A DNA stretch of 64,000 nt, taken from the sequence record PP301342.1; one strand, given 5' to 3'. The notes beneath the pieces are model-generated. The model was not told the DNA's origin. It searched no databases and worked only from the letters and a program-made list of their open reading frames with translations. Below are positions 10,086 to 22,800 of this stretch, piece by piece (the stretch's first letter is position 1; every line of letters starts with the position of its first letter). The position numbers and the translations under genes were made by a program. The DNA comes from Escherichia phage UE-M3.

Positions 10086-10721
10086 ATGAGCATTAACGAT
10101 AAACCGACCACTGACGTAGAAGTGAACGTACAGGGCAACGAAGATACCGTTAACGATATTGCAATGCCTAGCGAACTTGAAGTTCTTAAGCAACGTGCAA
10201 CGTTGATGAATATCAAGTTCTCTAACAACATTTCCGTTGAAAAGCTTCGTGAGAAGATTGAAGCTGCACAAGTAAAAGATGAACCAGTATTAGAAGAAGC
10301 TGCCGTTAATCCGCTGGGTGAAAAACAGGAAGCTGGTGTTAAGAAGATGACTCTTGGTCAAAAGATTCGTGCAGAACAGACTCGACTGATTCGTGTACGT
10401 ATCCAGAACCTTGACCCTAAGAAGAAAGACCTGCCAGGTGAGATTATCACCGTAGCTAACGAATATATGGGTACTGTGCGTAAGTTTGTTCCATTCGGTG
10501 AAGTAACCGACAATGGTTATCACATTCCGTATTGTATCTACGAGTTCCTTAAAGAGCGTAAGTTCATCAACATTACGACCCGTAAAGGTAAGAATGGCTT
10601 ACCGGATATTCGTGCAACTGAAGCACGAGAGTTCTCCATTGAGGTACTGCCTCCGTTGACTGAAGCTGAATTAGCTCAACTAGCTCAGGCACAGATTGCT
10701 GCTGGTAGCCTGAACGATTAA
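10086..10721 (+). CDS. Hypothetical virion protein
   Basis: ORF 10080..10721; ATG 10086 better spaced from AGGAAA Shine-Dalgarno; structural-module context. Confidence 0.5.
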   Translation: MSINDKPTTDVEVNVQGNEDTVNDIAMPSELEVLKQRATLMNIKFSNNISVEKLREKIEAAQVKDEPVLEEAAVNPLGEKQEAGVKKMTLGQKIRAEQTRLIRVRIQNLDPKKKDLPGEIITVANEYMGTVRKFVPFGEVTDNGYHIPYCIYEFLKERKFINITTRKGKNGLPDIRATEAREFSIEVLPPLTEAELAQLAQAQIAAGSLND

Positions 10722-10744
10722 CGTATAAGCTACAGTTCAACACG

Positions 10745-10790
10745 GCTCACTGGGGTAACTCCGTGGGCCGTTTCTTTTTGAACCAAGAGG
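10745..10790 (+). terminator. Imperfect hairpin followed by T-run
   Basis: cacggctcac...gtgggccgt imperfect stem followed by ttctttttg. Confidence 0.3.
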
Positions 10791-10797
10791 AATGATT

Positions 10798-11634
10798 ATG
10801 TCTTGTTCTGCTGAGGTAGAAGCTAACCGACTCCTAGAAGAGTTAACTAAGGGTGATGACTTTACCCTTCCTGATGTTGATATGACTGGCCCCGAATGGG
10901 ATATCCCTGGTGGGGATGCTTCCCCAATCTTTGGTGCTATTGATAAAATATCCAATGAATCACTCACTACCCGTGAAGTTGGTGGTAGTGGTACGTTTGA
11001 TGCATTAATGGAATCTGCACACAATCATCTGAAAGCTGAGTTTAAAGCTAACCGTATTACCGGTGGTGAATATACCAAAGCATACATTGCTATGATGGAA
11101 TCTTGCATGAGCAATGCTGTTCAGTTCTTACTTGGTCGTGACCAGGCATACTGGGCTGCTGCTATGGCACAGATTCAGGCAGTTACTGCTCGTGTTCAAC
11201 TGGCAACGTCTAAAGCACAGTTTGTGCTGGCTAAGATTCAGGCACTGTCTGCTAAGAGTGAGTATGCTCTTACTAAGATGAAGATTGCTACTGAGTCTGA
11301 AACATACTGTGCTGCATTGTTTAATGTTAGTCAGATGTTACCTCAACAGCTTAAATTGCTTACTGAGCAGACTGAAGCACAACGTGCACAGACACTTGAT
11401 ACCCGTAGTGATGGAGCTACTGTTACTGGTTCTGTAGGTAAACAGAAAGAGTTGTACTCACAACAGATTACTTCTTATCAACGTGATGCAGAGGTTAAAG
11501 CATCTAAGCTGTTTACTGATGCATGGATTACTCAGAAGACTATTGATGAAGGCTTGAATCCACCAAATGGTTTCACTAACGCAAGTATTGACACCATTCT
11601 GACCAAGCTGAAGTCTAACAACGGGCTGAACTAA
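10798..11634 (+). CDS. Virion structural protein (N4 gp54-like by position)
   Basis: ORF 10792..11634; ATG 10798 is 7 nt after AAGAGG; structural-module context. Confidence 0.55.
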   Translation: MSCSAEVEANRLLEELTKGDDFTLPDVDMTGPEWDIPGGDASPIFGAIDKISNESLTTREVGGSGTFDALMESAHNHLKAEFKANRITGGEYTKAYIAMMESCMSNAVQFLLGRDQAYWAAAMAQIQAVTARVQLATSKAQFVLAKIQALSAKSEYALTKMKIATESETYCAALFNVSQMLPQQLKLLTEQTEAQRAQTLDTRSDGATVTGSVGKQKELYSQQITSYQRDAEVKASKLFTDAWITQKTIDEGLNPPNGFTNASIDTILTKLKSNNGLN

Positions 11635-11635
11635 T

Positions 11636-14290
11636 ATGGGCTTATTCAGTGGGAAGACCAAAGTATACGTAGCATCCTCTGTCTATAACATGGCAGGGGA
11701 TATACATAAACGCCCTAACTATATGAAGACTGTAGTTATAGGTAATATTGTTTCCAATACAGGATTCACTATGGCAGATACTATCTCTGATAGTTATCTG
11801 AATGGGCCAGGTATTCGTATGCGACTGTTCTCCAGCTGGAGTAAGAACCACTATGATTCAGTAGTTGGTATGGCTGGTTCTTCATTGGGTGTATTGGCTA
11901 AGATTGACCCTACCGTTATAGAGGGTCAAATTACACCCCCTGCTGGTGAATCAGTCTATGTTCAGGCAGCAGAGATTGGCTTTGCTGACTTTGAGCAATG
12001 GTGTGACCAGTATCTTTATGAGAATGCTCCAAGTCGAATCATGGAACGATTCGACATAGATATTGATGAAGATACTAATGAAATCACTATGACCTCCTTA
12101 GATGGGGGCTCTACTATTACATTCACACCTACTAACTTTGAACCAGGTGCTTTATATCTCTATGCTGATTACTCATTCTATAAGACCCCTTCTACTAATC
12201 CTCCGGTAGTAGGACCGACTACTGTCTATGATGATGAGGATGACTTACCTTCCACTTTGTTATGGACTACCGTCTCAAGTGATACGACGGCTAACACAAC
12301 CAATCTTACTAAGACTATACATACTCATTCTGTTTACTCTGATGGCAGACCGGATGAAGACAGTACTGTCACAGAACCAAGTGTGGATAACTGGAACTCT
12401 TACGTTAAAGTTTATCGTAGAGGATTCACTGAGAAACCTGATGATGTGACTGTAGTTGTATCTGACAGGGTAATGACTCATACAAAATTTGGTGAGATTC
12501 AATCCAGTACTTCTGTAACTACTAATGTGGTTGATATAGGTGGAGGTGTTACTCGTACAGATACAATCACTACAACCACAGAGACACTGGTTCGTAAGTA
12601 CTCATCCCAGACTACCCGTACTGATACCGAGATGACTGCTGTTAGTACACCTAAAATGCTTATTTATAAGCAGAACTCCGGTAACGTTGCACTGGATTCT
12701 TTGTTCGAGACTGAAGCTACTGATAACCGATTCTACCCATTCATTCCAATCAGAAATGATAAGCAATGGGTAGAGAATGACCCAATCTACCCACACTGTA
12801 AGAAAGCCCTTTATAAAGCTACTGGTGGAAAAATTGATAAAGTAGTCACAGAGCTTAAGAAGAATGATGACATAGGTGATATTCAGTACATCTATGGTTC
12901 ATTTGGTGTATCCCTTAATACCCCCGAGGATAGTGCTAAGGAATACATCTATCGTTTCTTTCAGATGGCTACTGAAGCATTCCCACCTGACCCAACCTAC
13001 CCAACACTGGAAGCAGTGATTGCAGGCTATCAGGCAGCAAATGATGCAGTTGACGCATATGTGGAATGGTGGAACAGGACTGAAGGGCATATTATTGGAA
13101 CACCTCCACCACTGCCAGAATACCCAGTTATACCTAAGCGAGAGTTTAGGGTGCATAGTAATAAGCAGTACAAGTACGACATGACTATTGGCTGGAACTA
13201 TGTATCTGAAACTACCCATTCAGGTCAAGCATGGTCTGGTGCTAAGCAGGGGCAACTTCGAGCCAGGTATGCAGGAGATATAACCCTTACTCGTAAGAAC
13301 ATAAGGACAGCTTCCAACTCCGGTTCTGCTAAGAAACTTGAGGTAACATACACATTCTATTCAATGCAGGAATACGAGTTGCTTTGGCAGGATGGTAATA
13401 ATACCTATCGTAAACTTAGAGTACTGGGTCTAAATCACAACAACAGGGTATATAAAAATAAGTCAGTGCACATTGATGTTGCCGAAGCAATGGGTGATGC
13501 AGAGGAGAGTGGATTCATTATTCCACTGCACACCAATATCTACCGTTCAATGTCACTGGTTCGTAGCACTCAGTTATCCACTGCCTGCTCCTACTTAGTG
13601 ATGAACTCATATAAGAAGGTTAAGCAGAAGTGGTATCAGACTGGGGCATTTAAAATTGTTGTTGTAGTGGTAGCTGTAGTTGTCTCTGTATTTACAGCAG
13701 GTGCTGGTGGTGCAGGTATACTTGGGGCATACGGTGCAGTCGGTGCATCACTTGGTTTTGTTGGATTAGCTGCTGTAATAGTTGGTGCTGTAGCAAACGC
13801 CATAGCTGCAATGATTCTGGTATCCATTATTACTAAAGTATCTACTTCACTGTTCGGTGATAAGCTAGGTTTTATCATTGCTGCTATTGCCTCAATGGTA
13901 GCCATGAACGTTGGTACTGCTTTGTCTACTGGTACATCCTTATCCTCTTTAGCTGGTGAAATGATGAATGCTCAAAACATCATGCAACTTACCAGTTCAG
14001 TGGGTAATGGCATTAGTCAGTATATTAATGCATCCACGGCTGCTACTATTCAGAAAGCAGAGAGTGTAATGCAGCAGTACAATACTGATATGATGGCAAT
14101 CAATAAGCAGTATGAAGAGATGTTCGGTACTGCTGGACAGGGTGTGATTGACCCCATGCAATTCGTGTCAATGGAGTCGTTGGATTCATTCTTGTCACGT
14201 ACTCTCATGACTGGTTCAGATATAGCTGACTTGTCTTTAGACATGGTTGGCAACTACTCTGATATGACTCTTAATACTGACCTTGTTTAA
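11636..14290 (+). CDS. Large virion protein with C-terminal hydrophobic Gly/Ala-zipper segment (possible ejection/internal protein)
   Basis: 884 aa; segment FKIVVVVVAVVVSVFTAGAGGAGILGAYGAVGASLGFVGLAAVIVGAVANAIAAMILVSIITKV; start overlaps previous stop. Confidence 0.6.
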   Translation: MGLFSGKTKVYVASSVYNMAGDIHKRPNYMKTVVIGNIVSNTGFTMADTISDSYLNGPGIRMRLFSSWSKNHYDSVVGMAGSSLGVLAKIDPTVIEGQITPPAGESVYVQAAEIGFADFEQWCDQYLYENAPSRIMERFDIDIDEDTNEITMTSLDGGSTITFTPTNFEPGALYLYADYSFYKTPSTNPPVVGPTTVYDDEDDLPSTLLWTTVSSDTTANTTNLTKTIHTHSVYSDGRPDEDSTVTEPSVDNWNSYVKVYRRGFTEKPDDVTVVVSDRVMTHTKFGEIQSSTSVTTNVVDIGGGVTRTDTITTTTETLVRKYSSQTTRTDTEMTAVSTPKMLIYKQNSGNVALDSLFETEATDNRFYPFIPIRNDKQWVENDPIYPHCKKALYKATGGKIDKVVTELKKNDDIGDIQYIYGSFGVSLNTPEDSAKEYIYRFFQMATEAFPPDPTYPTLEAVIAGYQAANDAVDAYVEWWNRTEGHIIGTPPPLPEYPVIPKREFRVHSNKQYKYDMTIGWNYVSETTHSGQAWSGAKQGQLRARYAGDITLTRKNIRTASNSGSAKKLEVTYTFYSMQEYELLWQDGNNTYRKLRVLGLNHNNRVYKNKSVHIDVAEAMGDAEESGFIIPLHTNIYRSMSLVRSTQLSTACSYLVMNSYKKVKQKWYQTGAFKIVVVVVAVVVSVFTAGAGGAGILGAYGAVGASLGFVGLAAVIVGAVANAIAAMILVSIITKVSTSLFGDKLGFIIAAIASMVAMNVGTALSTGTSLSSLAGEMMNAQNIMQLTSSVGNGISQYINASTAATIQKAESVMQQYNTDMMAINKQYEEMFGTAGQGVIDPMQFVSMESLDSFLSRTLMTGSDIADLSLDMVGNYSDMTLNTDLV

Positions 14291-14303
14291 CAGGAGAATC
14301 CCC

Positions 14304-14747
14304 ATGGATTTGTCATTCTTAACAGGCAACCCAACTCCACAGCCAGCTGCTATGTCTTGGATGTCTAATAACAATCAGAACTTTAATACCCCGGCTATGA
14401 ACTATAACCCAGGTGCAACTATTGGTATGGGGGCAAATACAGGAGTAGCCTCCCCTACTTCTTTCCTGTCTGGTTCAGCTGATCAGTTGGGATTGAATGT
14501 ACCTACCTTCCAATTAGGACTGGGTGCACTTGGTTCATTAGCTAATATCTACAGTGGTTTCCAGGCTAATAAGTTAGCCAAAGACCAGTTGAACTTTACT
14601 AAGAGTGTTACTAACACTAACCTGAATAACCAGATTAAGTCTTATAACACTGCACTGGAAGATCGTGCTCGTAGTCGTGCTACAGCAGAGAACCGTGACC
14701 AGTCTACTGCTGATGCTTATATTGCAGCTAATAAATTAACCCGTTAA
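14304..14747 (+). CDS. Hypothetical virion protein
   Basis: ORF 14283..14747 begins at TTG; ATG 14304 has AGGAG 7 nt upstream. Confidence 0.55.
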   Translation: MDLSFLTGNPTPQPAAMSWMSNNNQNFNTPAMNYNPGATIGMGANTGVASPTSFLSGSADQLGLNVPTFQLGLGALGSLANIYSGFQANKLAKDQLNFTKSVTNTNLNNQIKSYNTALEDRARSRATAENRDQSTADAYIAANKLTR

Positions 14748-14759
14748 TAGGAAACCATC

Positions 14760-16724
14760 ATGGCTCAAATTACATGGCGTAATGTTGATGCACCTAACTT
14801 CTCTGGAGTAGGTGACAGCATTCGCACATTTGGCAACATGATTGGTAACGCCACCTCTGGCTTAAGTGATGCACTGGGTAATTTCCAGAACGCTGCCAAG
14901 CAGGAGGCTGGCAATGCCGTCATGATGAATGCTATGCAGTATCAAGATCCTACTGAGTACCGTAATGCTTTGGCATCAGGTGCACTGTTTCAGGGGGTTG
15001 ACCCTTCATTGGTAAACCAGCGTACTCTCCAGAATCTGGATGAGCGAGCAGGTACACTGCTGACTCAACAAGGACAGCAGGGAACCAATGACTACATTGC
15101 ATATCGCTTTGGTCGCTTAAAGGATATTAACTCAGCACTAGATAATGCTTCTCCGGCTATTCGTTTATTGTCTGAGGCTTATCAGTCTGGTGACCAGAAT
15201 CGTATTAATACTGCATTGGGTCAGACTCGTGAGGCATTATCTACGCTCCCAGCTGACCAACAGTTAGAATTGTTAGGTAGTTTACAAGGACAGGGTAGTG
15301 CTGCTATTAATCAGGCGAGCAATCGTTTTGATTTGGGTGTTGCTCAACGTAATGATGCCGATAGTCAGGCAGCTATGGGTGTAATGGCACAGATTACCCG
15401 TGGTGCTGAGAACCCTAATGATGCCCGTCTGTTGGCAGAAGCATACAGTAAGAACCTGTCTCCAGTTGCACAGGCACGCTTGCAGGGATTACTGGCTAAT
15501 GCTTACCCGGGTGTTTACGGTAATGGTGTAGGTGCTACGTCTGCTCCTGGTACTGCTGGTACTCGTCAGGGTTCACCTTACGATGTTACTTATCAGTTTG
15601 CTGGTACATCTACTCCTATTACTCAAATGAGTATTGGTGATGTAATTAAACACCAGGATGGTATGAAATCGAACCAGGGTGCTTCCCCTGTTGGTGCATT
15701 CCAGATTAACCAAGCTACTCTGAAAGACTTCGCTCCCAAAGTTCTTGGTTCAGATTGGCAAAGCCAGCCTCTTTCTGCTGAGAACCAGGATAAGATTGGT
15801 AAGGCTATCTTCGAGTCTCGTAAGAATGGCAACCTTAAAGATACCTGGGCTGCTCTTCCTAACTCTACCCCTGGTGCTTATAAGGATATGACTTGGGAAC
15901 AGATTAAACCTGTTATTGCCCAAGCTGAAGTAGGGGCTGACCCATTCGCTCTGATTCAGAATAATCAAGGAAATCAGGCAGTATCCACTCTGGCTCAGGG
16001 TATGATTGGTACTCGTTCTATGCAGGATAATACCGGTAGTCTTAATACTGACTTCCTTGGTACTGTCACTGATAATACTCCAGTAGGTGAAATTGCTAAC
16101 CGTCTATTAGATGGTGACTTTAAAGGTGCTGACCGTAACTGGGTACTGAACCGACTAACTGATATTTCTCAACGTGGAAATATGTCACCAGCTATGGCTG
16201 CTGCTGTTATGCAGCGTGCACAGACTGGTGTACCGGAAGGTTACATTAGCCGTGCTATTGATGCAGTTAACCCATTCATTACCAACGAAGCCGGTAATGG
16301 TATGCGTCTTAATGACCGTTTGGTAGATCAGTTAATTGAGGGTGTACAACGTGGTGAACCACTGGAAGGCAGTGTGCGTAATCTTGGACGTGCTCAAGCT
16401 ATGCAGAACATTCAGGCAGCACAGACTGCTTATGATGCTGCTGTAGCTGCACTGACAAATACTCAGAACAAGATTAACACCGGACAAACAGGACTTACTG
16501 CATTGTTACCTGCACGTCAGGAAGCTGTTACTAAAGCTGCTGCAATGCTTCAAGCTGCACAAGCCCAAGTGCAAGCAGACCCAGCTAACCTGGCTCCAAG
16601 AGGTTTTCGGTCACAGGTTAGTGTGGACAGAGCACGAGCCAAGGAAGATGAAGAACGTGCTGCACGTTATCTACGTCAGGCACAGGGTTTGCCTGAGTAT
16701 ATGCAACCAAGACAAAATCGGTAA
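14760..16724 (+). CDS. Virion protein with possible lytic-transglycosylase-like motif
   Basis: 654 aa; segment SPVGAFQINQATLKDF resembles the SLT-domain GLMQ(I/V) motif; Q/A-rich coiled C-terminus; adjacent to vRNAP. Confidence 0.55.
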   Translation: MAQITWRNVDAPNFSGVGDSIRTFGNMIGNATSGLSDALGNFQNAAKQEAGNAVMMNAMQYQDPTEYRNALASGALFQGVDPSLVNQRTLQNLDERAGTLLTQQGQQGTNDYIAYRFGRLKDINSALDNASPAIRLLSEAYQSGDQNRINTALGQTREALSTLPADQQLELLGSLQGQGSAAINQASNRFDLGVAQRNDADSQAAMGVMAQITRGAENPNDARLLAEAYSKNLSPVAQARLQGLLANAYPGVYGNGVGATSAPGTAGTRQGSPYDVTYQFAGTSTPITQMSIGDVIKHQDGMKSNQGASPVGAFQINQATLKDFAPKVLGSDWQSQPLSAENQDKIGKAIFESRKNGNLKDTWAALPNSTPGAYKDMTWEQIKPVIAQAEVGADPFALIQNNQGNQAVSTLAQGMIGTRSMQDNTGSLNTDFLGTVTDNTPVGEIANRLLDGDFKGADRNWVLNRLTDISQRGNMSPAMAAAVMQRAQTGVPEGYISRAIDAVNPFITNEAGNGMRLNDRLVDQLIEGVQRGEPLEGSVRNLGRAQAMQNIQAAQTAYDAAVAALTNTQNKINTGQTGLTALLPARQEAVTKAAAMLQAAQAQVQADPANLAPRGFRSQVSVDRARAKEDEERAARYLRQAQGLPEYMQPRQNR

Positions 16725-16731
16725 TACTAAC

Positions 16732-16753
16732 AAAAGCCCTTCGGGGCTTTTTT
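16732..16753 (+). terminator. Rho-independent terminator
   Basis: aagccc-ttcg-gggctt stem-loop followed by ttttttc. Confidence 0.6.
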
Positions 16754-16818
16754 CTTACACTGGCTTACTGTAGAGTAAGCTTTCCATATACGATATAAGT
16801 TTGAACAGGAAACATGCT

Positions 16819-19800
16819 ATGTCAACATTTGACCGTCTGGCAGGTTTCGCAGACAGCATCACTAATGCTAAGCAAGTCGATGTCTCTACTGCAACCTCTC
16901 AGAAGCAAGCTGCACAAGGGCAAAGCCCTTTCCAATTAACCCCAGAGAATGCTTACAATCTCCAAACTGGTCGTGTAGGTAATCTTGGAATCGGTGCATT
17001 CGAACCAGGTTCACTTCAGGCAGATTTCACTCAAGCCTCCCCATTAGAAATTCTTAATAAATACGGTAATGAGCAAGGTCTACAGATTCTTAATAGCCGG
17101 GCTAATGCTGCTGATGCTGTACGTCAGGACTTATCTAAACAACGTACTAACGCAGAAGCATTTGGTGATACTCTTTCTGGTGTTGGTCTTGGTGTTGCTA
17201 ATACCCTTGGGGGCATTGCTGCTCTTGGCACAGGTCTGGTCAATGATAATGCCGGGGCATCCATTGCTTCCGGTATGGATTGGCTGAATGAAGGGGTACA
17301 CAATCTACAGTCTGATGCTCTGAATGCTACCCGTAAGGTTGTTCAGAATCAGAACCAGATTTCTGCACAAAAGAACCAGAGACTCTACGAAGAAGATATT
17401 AAAAATGGTGAGAACGATTTAGTTGCCTCCCTGTCTCGTATTGGTCGTGATGCTTTTGATTCTGTTGCTAATACACTTAATAATGGTATGGCTGCTACTG
17501 ATGGGCTGAGTGAAGGTGTTGGTTCTCTCTTTACCGGTGGTCCATTAATTCGTGGTGTATCTGCACTCGGTAAAGTAATGGTAGGTGGTGATAAAGCTGT
17601 TAAGGGTATTACCTTAGCTGCTGAGTTAGGTTCACGTCCTGCACAGGTTGCATTGTCTGCTGGTCGTGTTGCTGCACCTGCTATTGCAATTGGTGGTATG
17701 GAAGCTGGTGGTGCATACCAACAGACTGCTTCCGAAATCATGAAGATGTCCCATCAAGAATTGGCAAGTAAGTCTCCTGTTTATCAACAGCATATCGCTG
17801 ATGGTTTATCTCCTGATGAAGCACGTCGCCAAACTGCATCTGAAACGGGTATCATTGCTGCTGGCTTAACTGCTCCGGTTGCTGCTGCTACTGGTCCTCT
17901 GGTATCCAAATTTGAACTTAACCCACTTAAGGTAGGTTCGCTGGCTGGTGCTGGTTCTAACATGCTACGTGAAACAGTAGAAGAAGGTATTCAGTCTGGT
18001 ACAAGTCAGTTTGCACAGAACAAGGCAATTCAGGGTAATGTAGATGCTAAGCGTGATTTGCTTAAAGGTGTCGGTGAGCAAGCAGGTCTTGGTGCACTCT
18101 ACGGCTTCGGTAGTGCTGGTGTTGCTCAGGCTCCAGGTACAACTGTTAAAGCTGTTGGTGCTTCTGCTGGGCCTGCTTTACGTACTACTCTGGCTGGTGC
18201 TTCTCTGGTTGGTAGTGCATTAGCAAAAGCTGCCTCTCCTATTACTAACATCCTGGTTCAGCGTGGCGAAGAAGTTGCTAAGCGTAATGAACAAGCTTCC
18301 CCTGTATCTGATGCTACGGTTAATGCTGCTGCACAAGAAGCTACTGCTCAAGCAGAACAAGCACAAGCAACTGTACAAGAAGCAGTAGATGCAATGGATA
18401 TTTCTCCTGAAGATAAAGCTGCTGCTACTCAGTATGCTGCTGACTTAACTCAGGCAATGAAATTTGACCCAGTAGAACTGGAACAAGCTAACCCAGCAAT
18501 CCGTGAAGCTGTTTCTGGTTCCACTAACCGTGTTGAAGCTATTCAGAAGATGGCTGACCTGGTTAATACTGCCGAAGACCCTAACGTTCAAATGGAAGCT
18601 GCAATCCAGATGTATGACAACATCATGTCTATGGATAGCTTCATTAACCGTGATCCTGGTGCTTTAGCTAATCTGGAACAGGGTTCTCCTGCTGCTAATA
18701 TTGTTGACCAGTTCTCCGGCCTGATGGCTAACGTTCAGAATACACCAAAGGTACTTCGTGCATTCCGTGCCATCCATTCTATGATTCAGGAACAGGCTGA
18801 AGCAGGTAAACTGAAAGCTACCGAAGAAGCTAACCAAGCCCAAGCAAACAACATTGCTATGGCTGCTGATATGTCTCCAGAAGTACTGGATGCAGACTCA
18901 GTGAACATGGTTCTGAAACATGCAAGTGAAGGTAAGATTACACTGGGGAATCGTCAGCGTGCTGCCCTGCAATCTGCTGCTGCTCTATTGCAAGGAGCAC
19001 GAGAATTTGACGCTAAAGCAGAAGAACTAGGCTTACGTCCTCAAGACATTGTTAGTAAACAGATTAAAACCGACGAGTCTCGTTCTAATGAAGGTCAGTA
19101 CTCTGCGTTGCAACATGCTAAACGCATTCGTTCTGCGTACAACTCTGGTAACTTCGATTTGGCTTCCGCTTACCTCGACGACTTTATGAAGTTCGCCCAG
19201 CACATGCAGAATAAGGTCGGAGCGTTGAATGAGCATCTGATTTCTGGGAATGCGGATAAGAATAAGTCTGTCCATTATCAGGCTCTTACTCCCTCCCGTG
19301 AATGGGTACGTAGTCGTACTGGTCTTGGTGTTAATCCGTATGATACCAAGTCGGTTAAGTTTGCCCAGCAAGTAGGACTGGAGGCCAAAACCGTAGCTGA
19401 TATTGCTAACGCACTTGCTACGGCTTACCCGGAGCTTAATGTTTCTCATGTGAAGGTTACTCCATTAGATTCACGTCTGGACAAGCCTGCTGCCCAGGTA
19501 GTTAAAGAGTTCCGTCAAGGTGGTCTTGATGCCACTCAGTCTCAACAGACCAATGAACCAGTGAATCAGGTTGATGAAACTCCTGCACCAGCGCAAGAGA
19601 CTACTACTACTGTACAGCCTAAAGCTAAACCAGTGGTAGAAAATAAGACTGTTCCTGTTAAAGAGGCTAGTTCAAAAGCAGAAGAAGTCTCTACTACTAA
19701 GTCTGAAACAGTAGATGCTACCCTCACCAATGAGGATACCACTCAAAAAGTAGCTGAAACTAAAACGGAAATGGAAACAGTTTTCCCTGTCTATAACAAT

Positions 19801-22800
19801 GACAAGACACCGAACCAGTTCCTGAAATCATTTACCCTGCCGGAAGAACCTAAGTCTCGCACCATTGGTTCTGAATCCCCTTTGACTGATATTAAGCAAG
19901 CACTGTCTTCTACTGCACGCTTTGAAGCATTCACTCAAAAAGAAAATAACGCTCTCACAAGTGATGTGATTAAGCGTTATCAGGACTTAATGGGCTTTGG
20001 TGAAACTCTGAAGACTACTCTGTCTGATCGTCTGGCTAAGTTTCTTGCTAATAAGAACGTTGGTAAACGCTTTGCAGAAGGCACAGAGGCTAACCGTTGG
20101 GTAGGTGGTAAGTTACTTAATATCGTAGAGAAAGACGGAGACACCTTTAAGTTCAATGACCAGTTGTTAGAGACTGCTGTACTTGCTGGTCTGCAATGGC
20201 GACTGACTGCTACACAGAATGCTGCTGTTAAAGACATGAAAGATGTAGCTGCTATTACTGGAGTAGAAGCATCCTTGTTACCTGAAGGTATCCTGGCTGA
20301 ATTTGAGAATGCTCAGACTCTGGTTGAAGCTACTAACTCACTGGCTCAAAAGATTGAATCTTACTGGGGATTGAATCGTAATCCTAATGCACCACTGGGT
20401 TATACCAAAGGTATTCCAATGGCAATGGCTACAGAGATTCTGTCTTCTCTCATTGAGATGGGTGAAGTTAAAGAGTCTATGCTTGATGTGTCTGAGATTG
20501 ACCCAGACTCTAATAAGACCGTCGGTCTGTATACCATTGAGAAGCTGGATGATAACGATGCCATTAACAAGTTCCCTACTGCTATCGAGGAAGCTGTTCT
20601 CGTAGAACCAGAAGAGAAAATGTACTTTGGTGATGATATTCCTTCCGTGGCTCAAACTCAGTTACGTAACCCTGCTGTTAAGAATACCCCAGAGCAGAAA
20701 GCTGCTCTTAAAGCAGAACAGGCTACCGAGTTCCGTGTACACATGCCGATGGTTAACTTCTATGAAGCATTAGGTCGTGACAACATTCTGGAACTGATGG
20801 GTGCTGGTACTCTTAATCCTGAACTGCTGAACGTGAACACTGCTAAGTCACTGGAGGGTAAAAACCTGTCAGTGTCTATGGCATATGATTCCCTGTTCGG
20901 TGTAATCAACCAGTTACAGGAACAGGAGAATGGTCTGGATACGCCTATTCACTATGGTTACAACATGACCCGTGTAGGTCGTATGCAGATGTTAGGTAAG
21001 AACAACCCACAGTCCAGCAAGCTGGTTCGTGAAGCAATTCTGCCAACCTTCTCTACTATCGACTTAAGTAATGAAAACAGTCAGACGTTCTCTGATTTCC
21101 AGTTAGGTCTGTCTCAGGCATTAGGTATCAAGGTTCATAATATGTCCCGTGAAGCTATGTCTGAAAAACTGACCAAAGCTCTGGAAGGTAATTTGAAACC
21201 TGCTGTTGATATGATGGTTGAGTTTGATAAGTCCGGGCACTTACCAGCCGATGCAGTAGATATTCTTAAGACATCTCTGGGTGGTGATAAATCATTCGTA
21301 GCTCTTATGGCTCTTATGGAGTATGCCCGTTACCTGAACAGTGATGACCGTGCCAACTTTAATACCCCACTGTACGTTGAAGCCGATGGTGTAACCAACG
21401 GACCAATCAACGCAATGGTATTAATGACTGGTGGTAAGTTCACTTCAGACTGGATTAAGAATACTGCTAAAGGTGGTCTGTTCTTCGGTAAAGCTGGTAA
21501 GACTATGAATGAACATCGTTCACAGGATGACAGTGTTGACCTGTATGAAGCATCTACCAATGGTCTGCAACAAGCACTTAATGAGTTACGTACTACTTAC
21601 CGTAACAACGTTCCGGTTATGAACCAAATGAATCATCTTCAGAAGTTAATGGACCTGTTTATTAAAGACTTTAACCTGAATGAAGACGGTACTCTGGACC
21701 TGAAACGTGGTATCGCTAAAAACCCACTGACCATTACCATCTATGGTTCAGGTGCTCGTGGTATTGCTGGCAAGATGGTTAGTGCAATTACTGACACCAT
21801 CTATGAACGATTCAGTGATGTTCTGCAAGCTCGTGCTGCTGACCCTAGCATTTCCCCAGCTATGGCAATGTTTGGTAAGGAGGCTGCGTCTGAGGCTGAT
21901 GCTCAGGCTATGCTGGATACTTTCCTTACTTCTATGGAAGCACTGACTGGTAATGTTCCAGTTATGCGTAAAGGTGAATTGTCTATTCAACAGGTAGAAG
22001 GTGCTCTGACTGGTAAGTTAGACCCTCAGAAGTTTACCGTATCGGGTAATGCCCTGAAGAACTTACAAGAGAACATGCTTCACCTGTTCGTTGAACCAAT
22101 GCGTACTGGTATCCGGAATACTGTTGGGGAAGGTCTGATGCATTCTACTGAGAACTTGCAGAAGGCTACCCAGATTCAGTCTTTGGTTCTACAAGACATG
22201 TTCCAACAAGCAGTACAGGCTAAGCTGGCAGAAAAAGAAAAAGACCCAACCTGGAAGAAGGGTGATTTCTTAACACAGAAAGAACTGAATGAAATTCAGG
22301 AATCATTGTCTCCACTGGCTCCAATGATTGAGACTGGTTCACAGACTTTCTATATTGCTGGTAGTGAGAATACTGATGTTGCTAACCAGGTACTGGCTAC
22401 CAACTTAGATGACCGTATGCGTGTGCCAATGAGCATCTATGCTCCTTCTCAGGCAGGCGTTGCAGGTATTCCATTTATGACCATTGGCACTGGTGATGGC
22501 ATGATGATGCAGACCCTTTCTACTATGAAAGGTGCTCCGAAGAATACCCTGAAAATCTTTGATGGTATGAACATTGGTATCGACAACATCACTGATGCAA
22601 GTCGTAAAGCTAACGAGGCTGTATACACTTCCTGGCAGGGTAACCCTATCAAGAATGTTTATGAGTCTTTTACTAAGTTCATGAAGAACGTAGACTTCAG
22701 CAAACTATCGGATGAAACCAAACAGGCTATCGCTAAATCTGCTCTGGAATATGACCAGCGTGAAGGTGCTACCGATGACCTGTTACGTGTTGGTGCTGAA

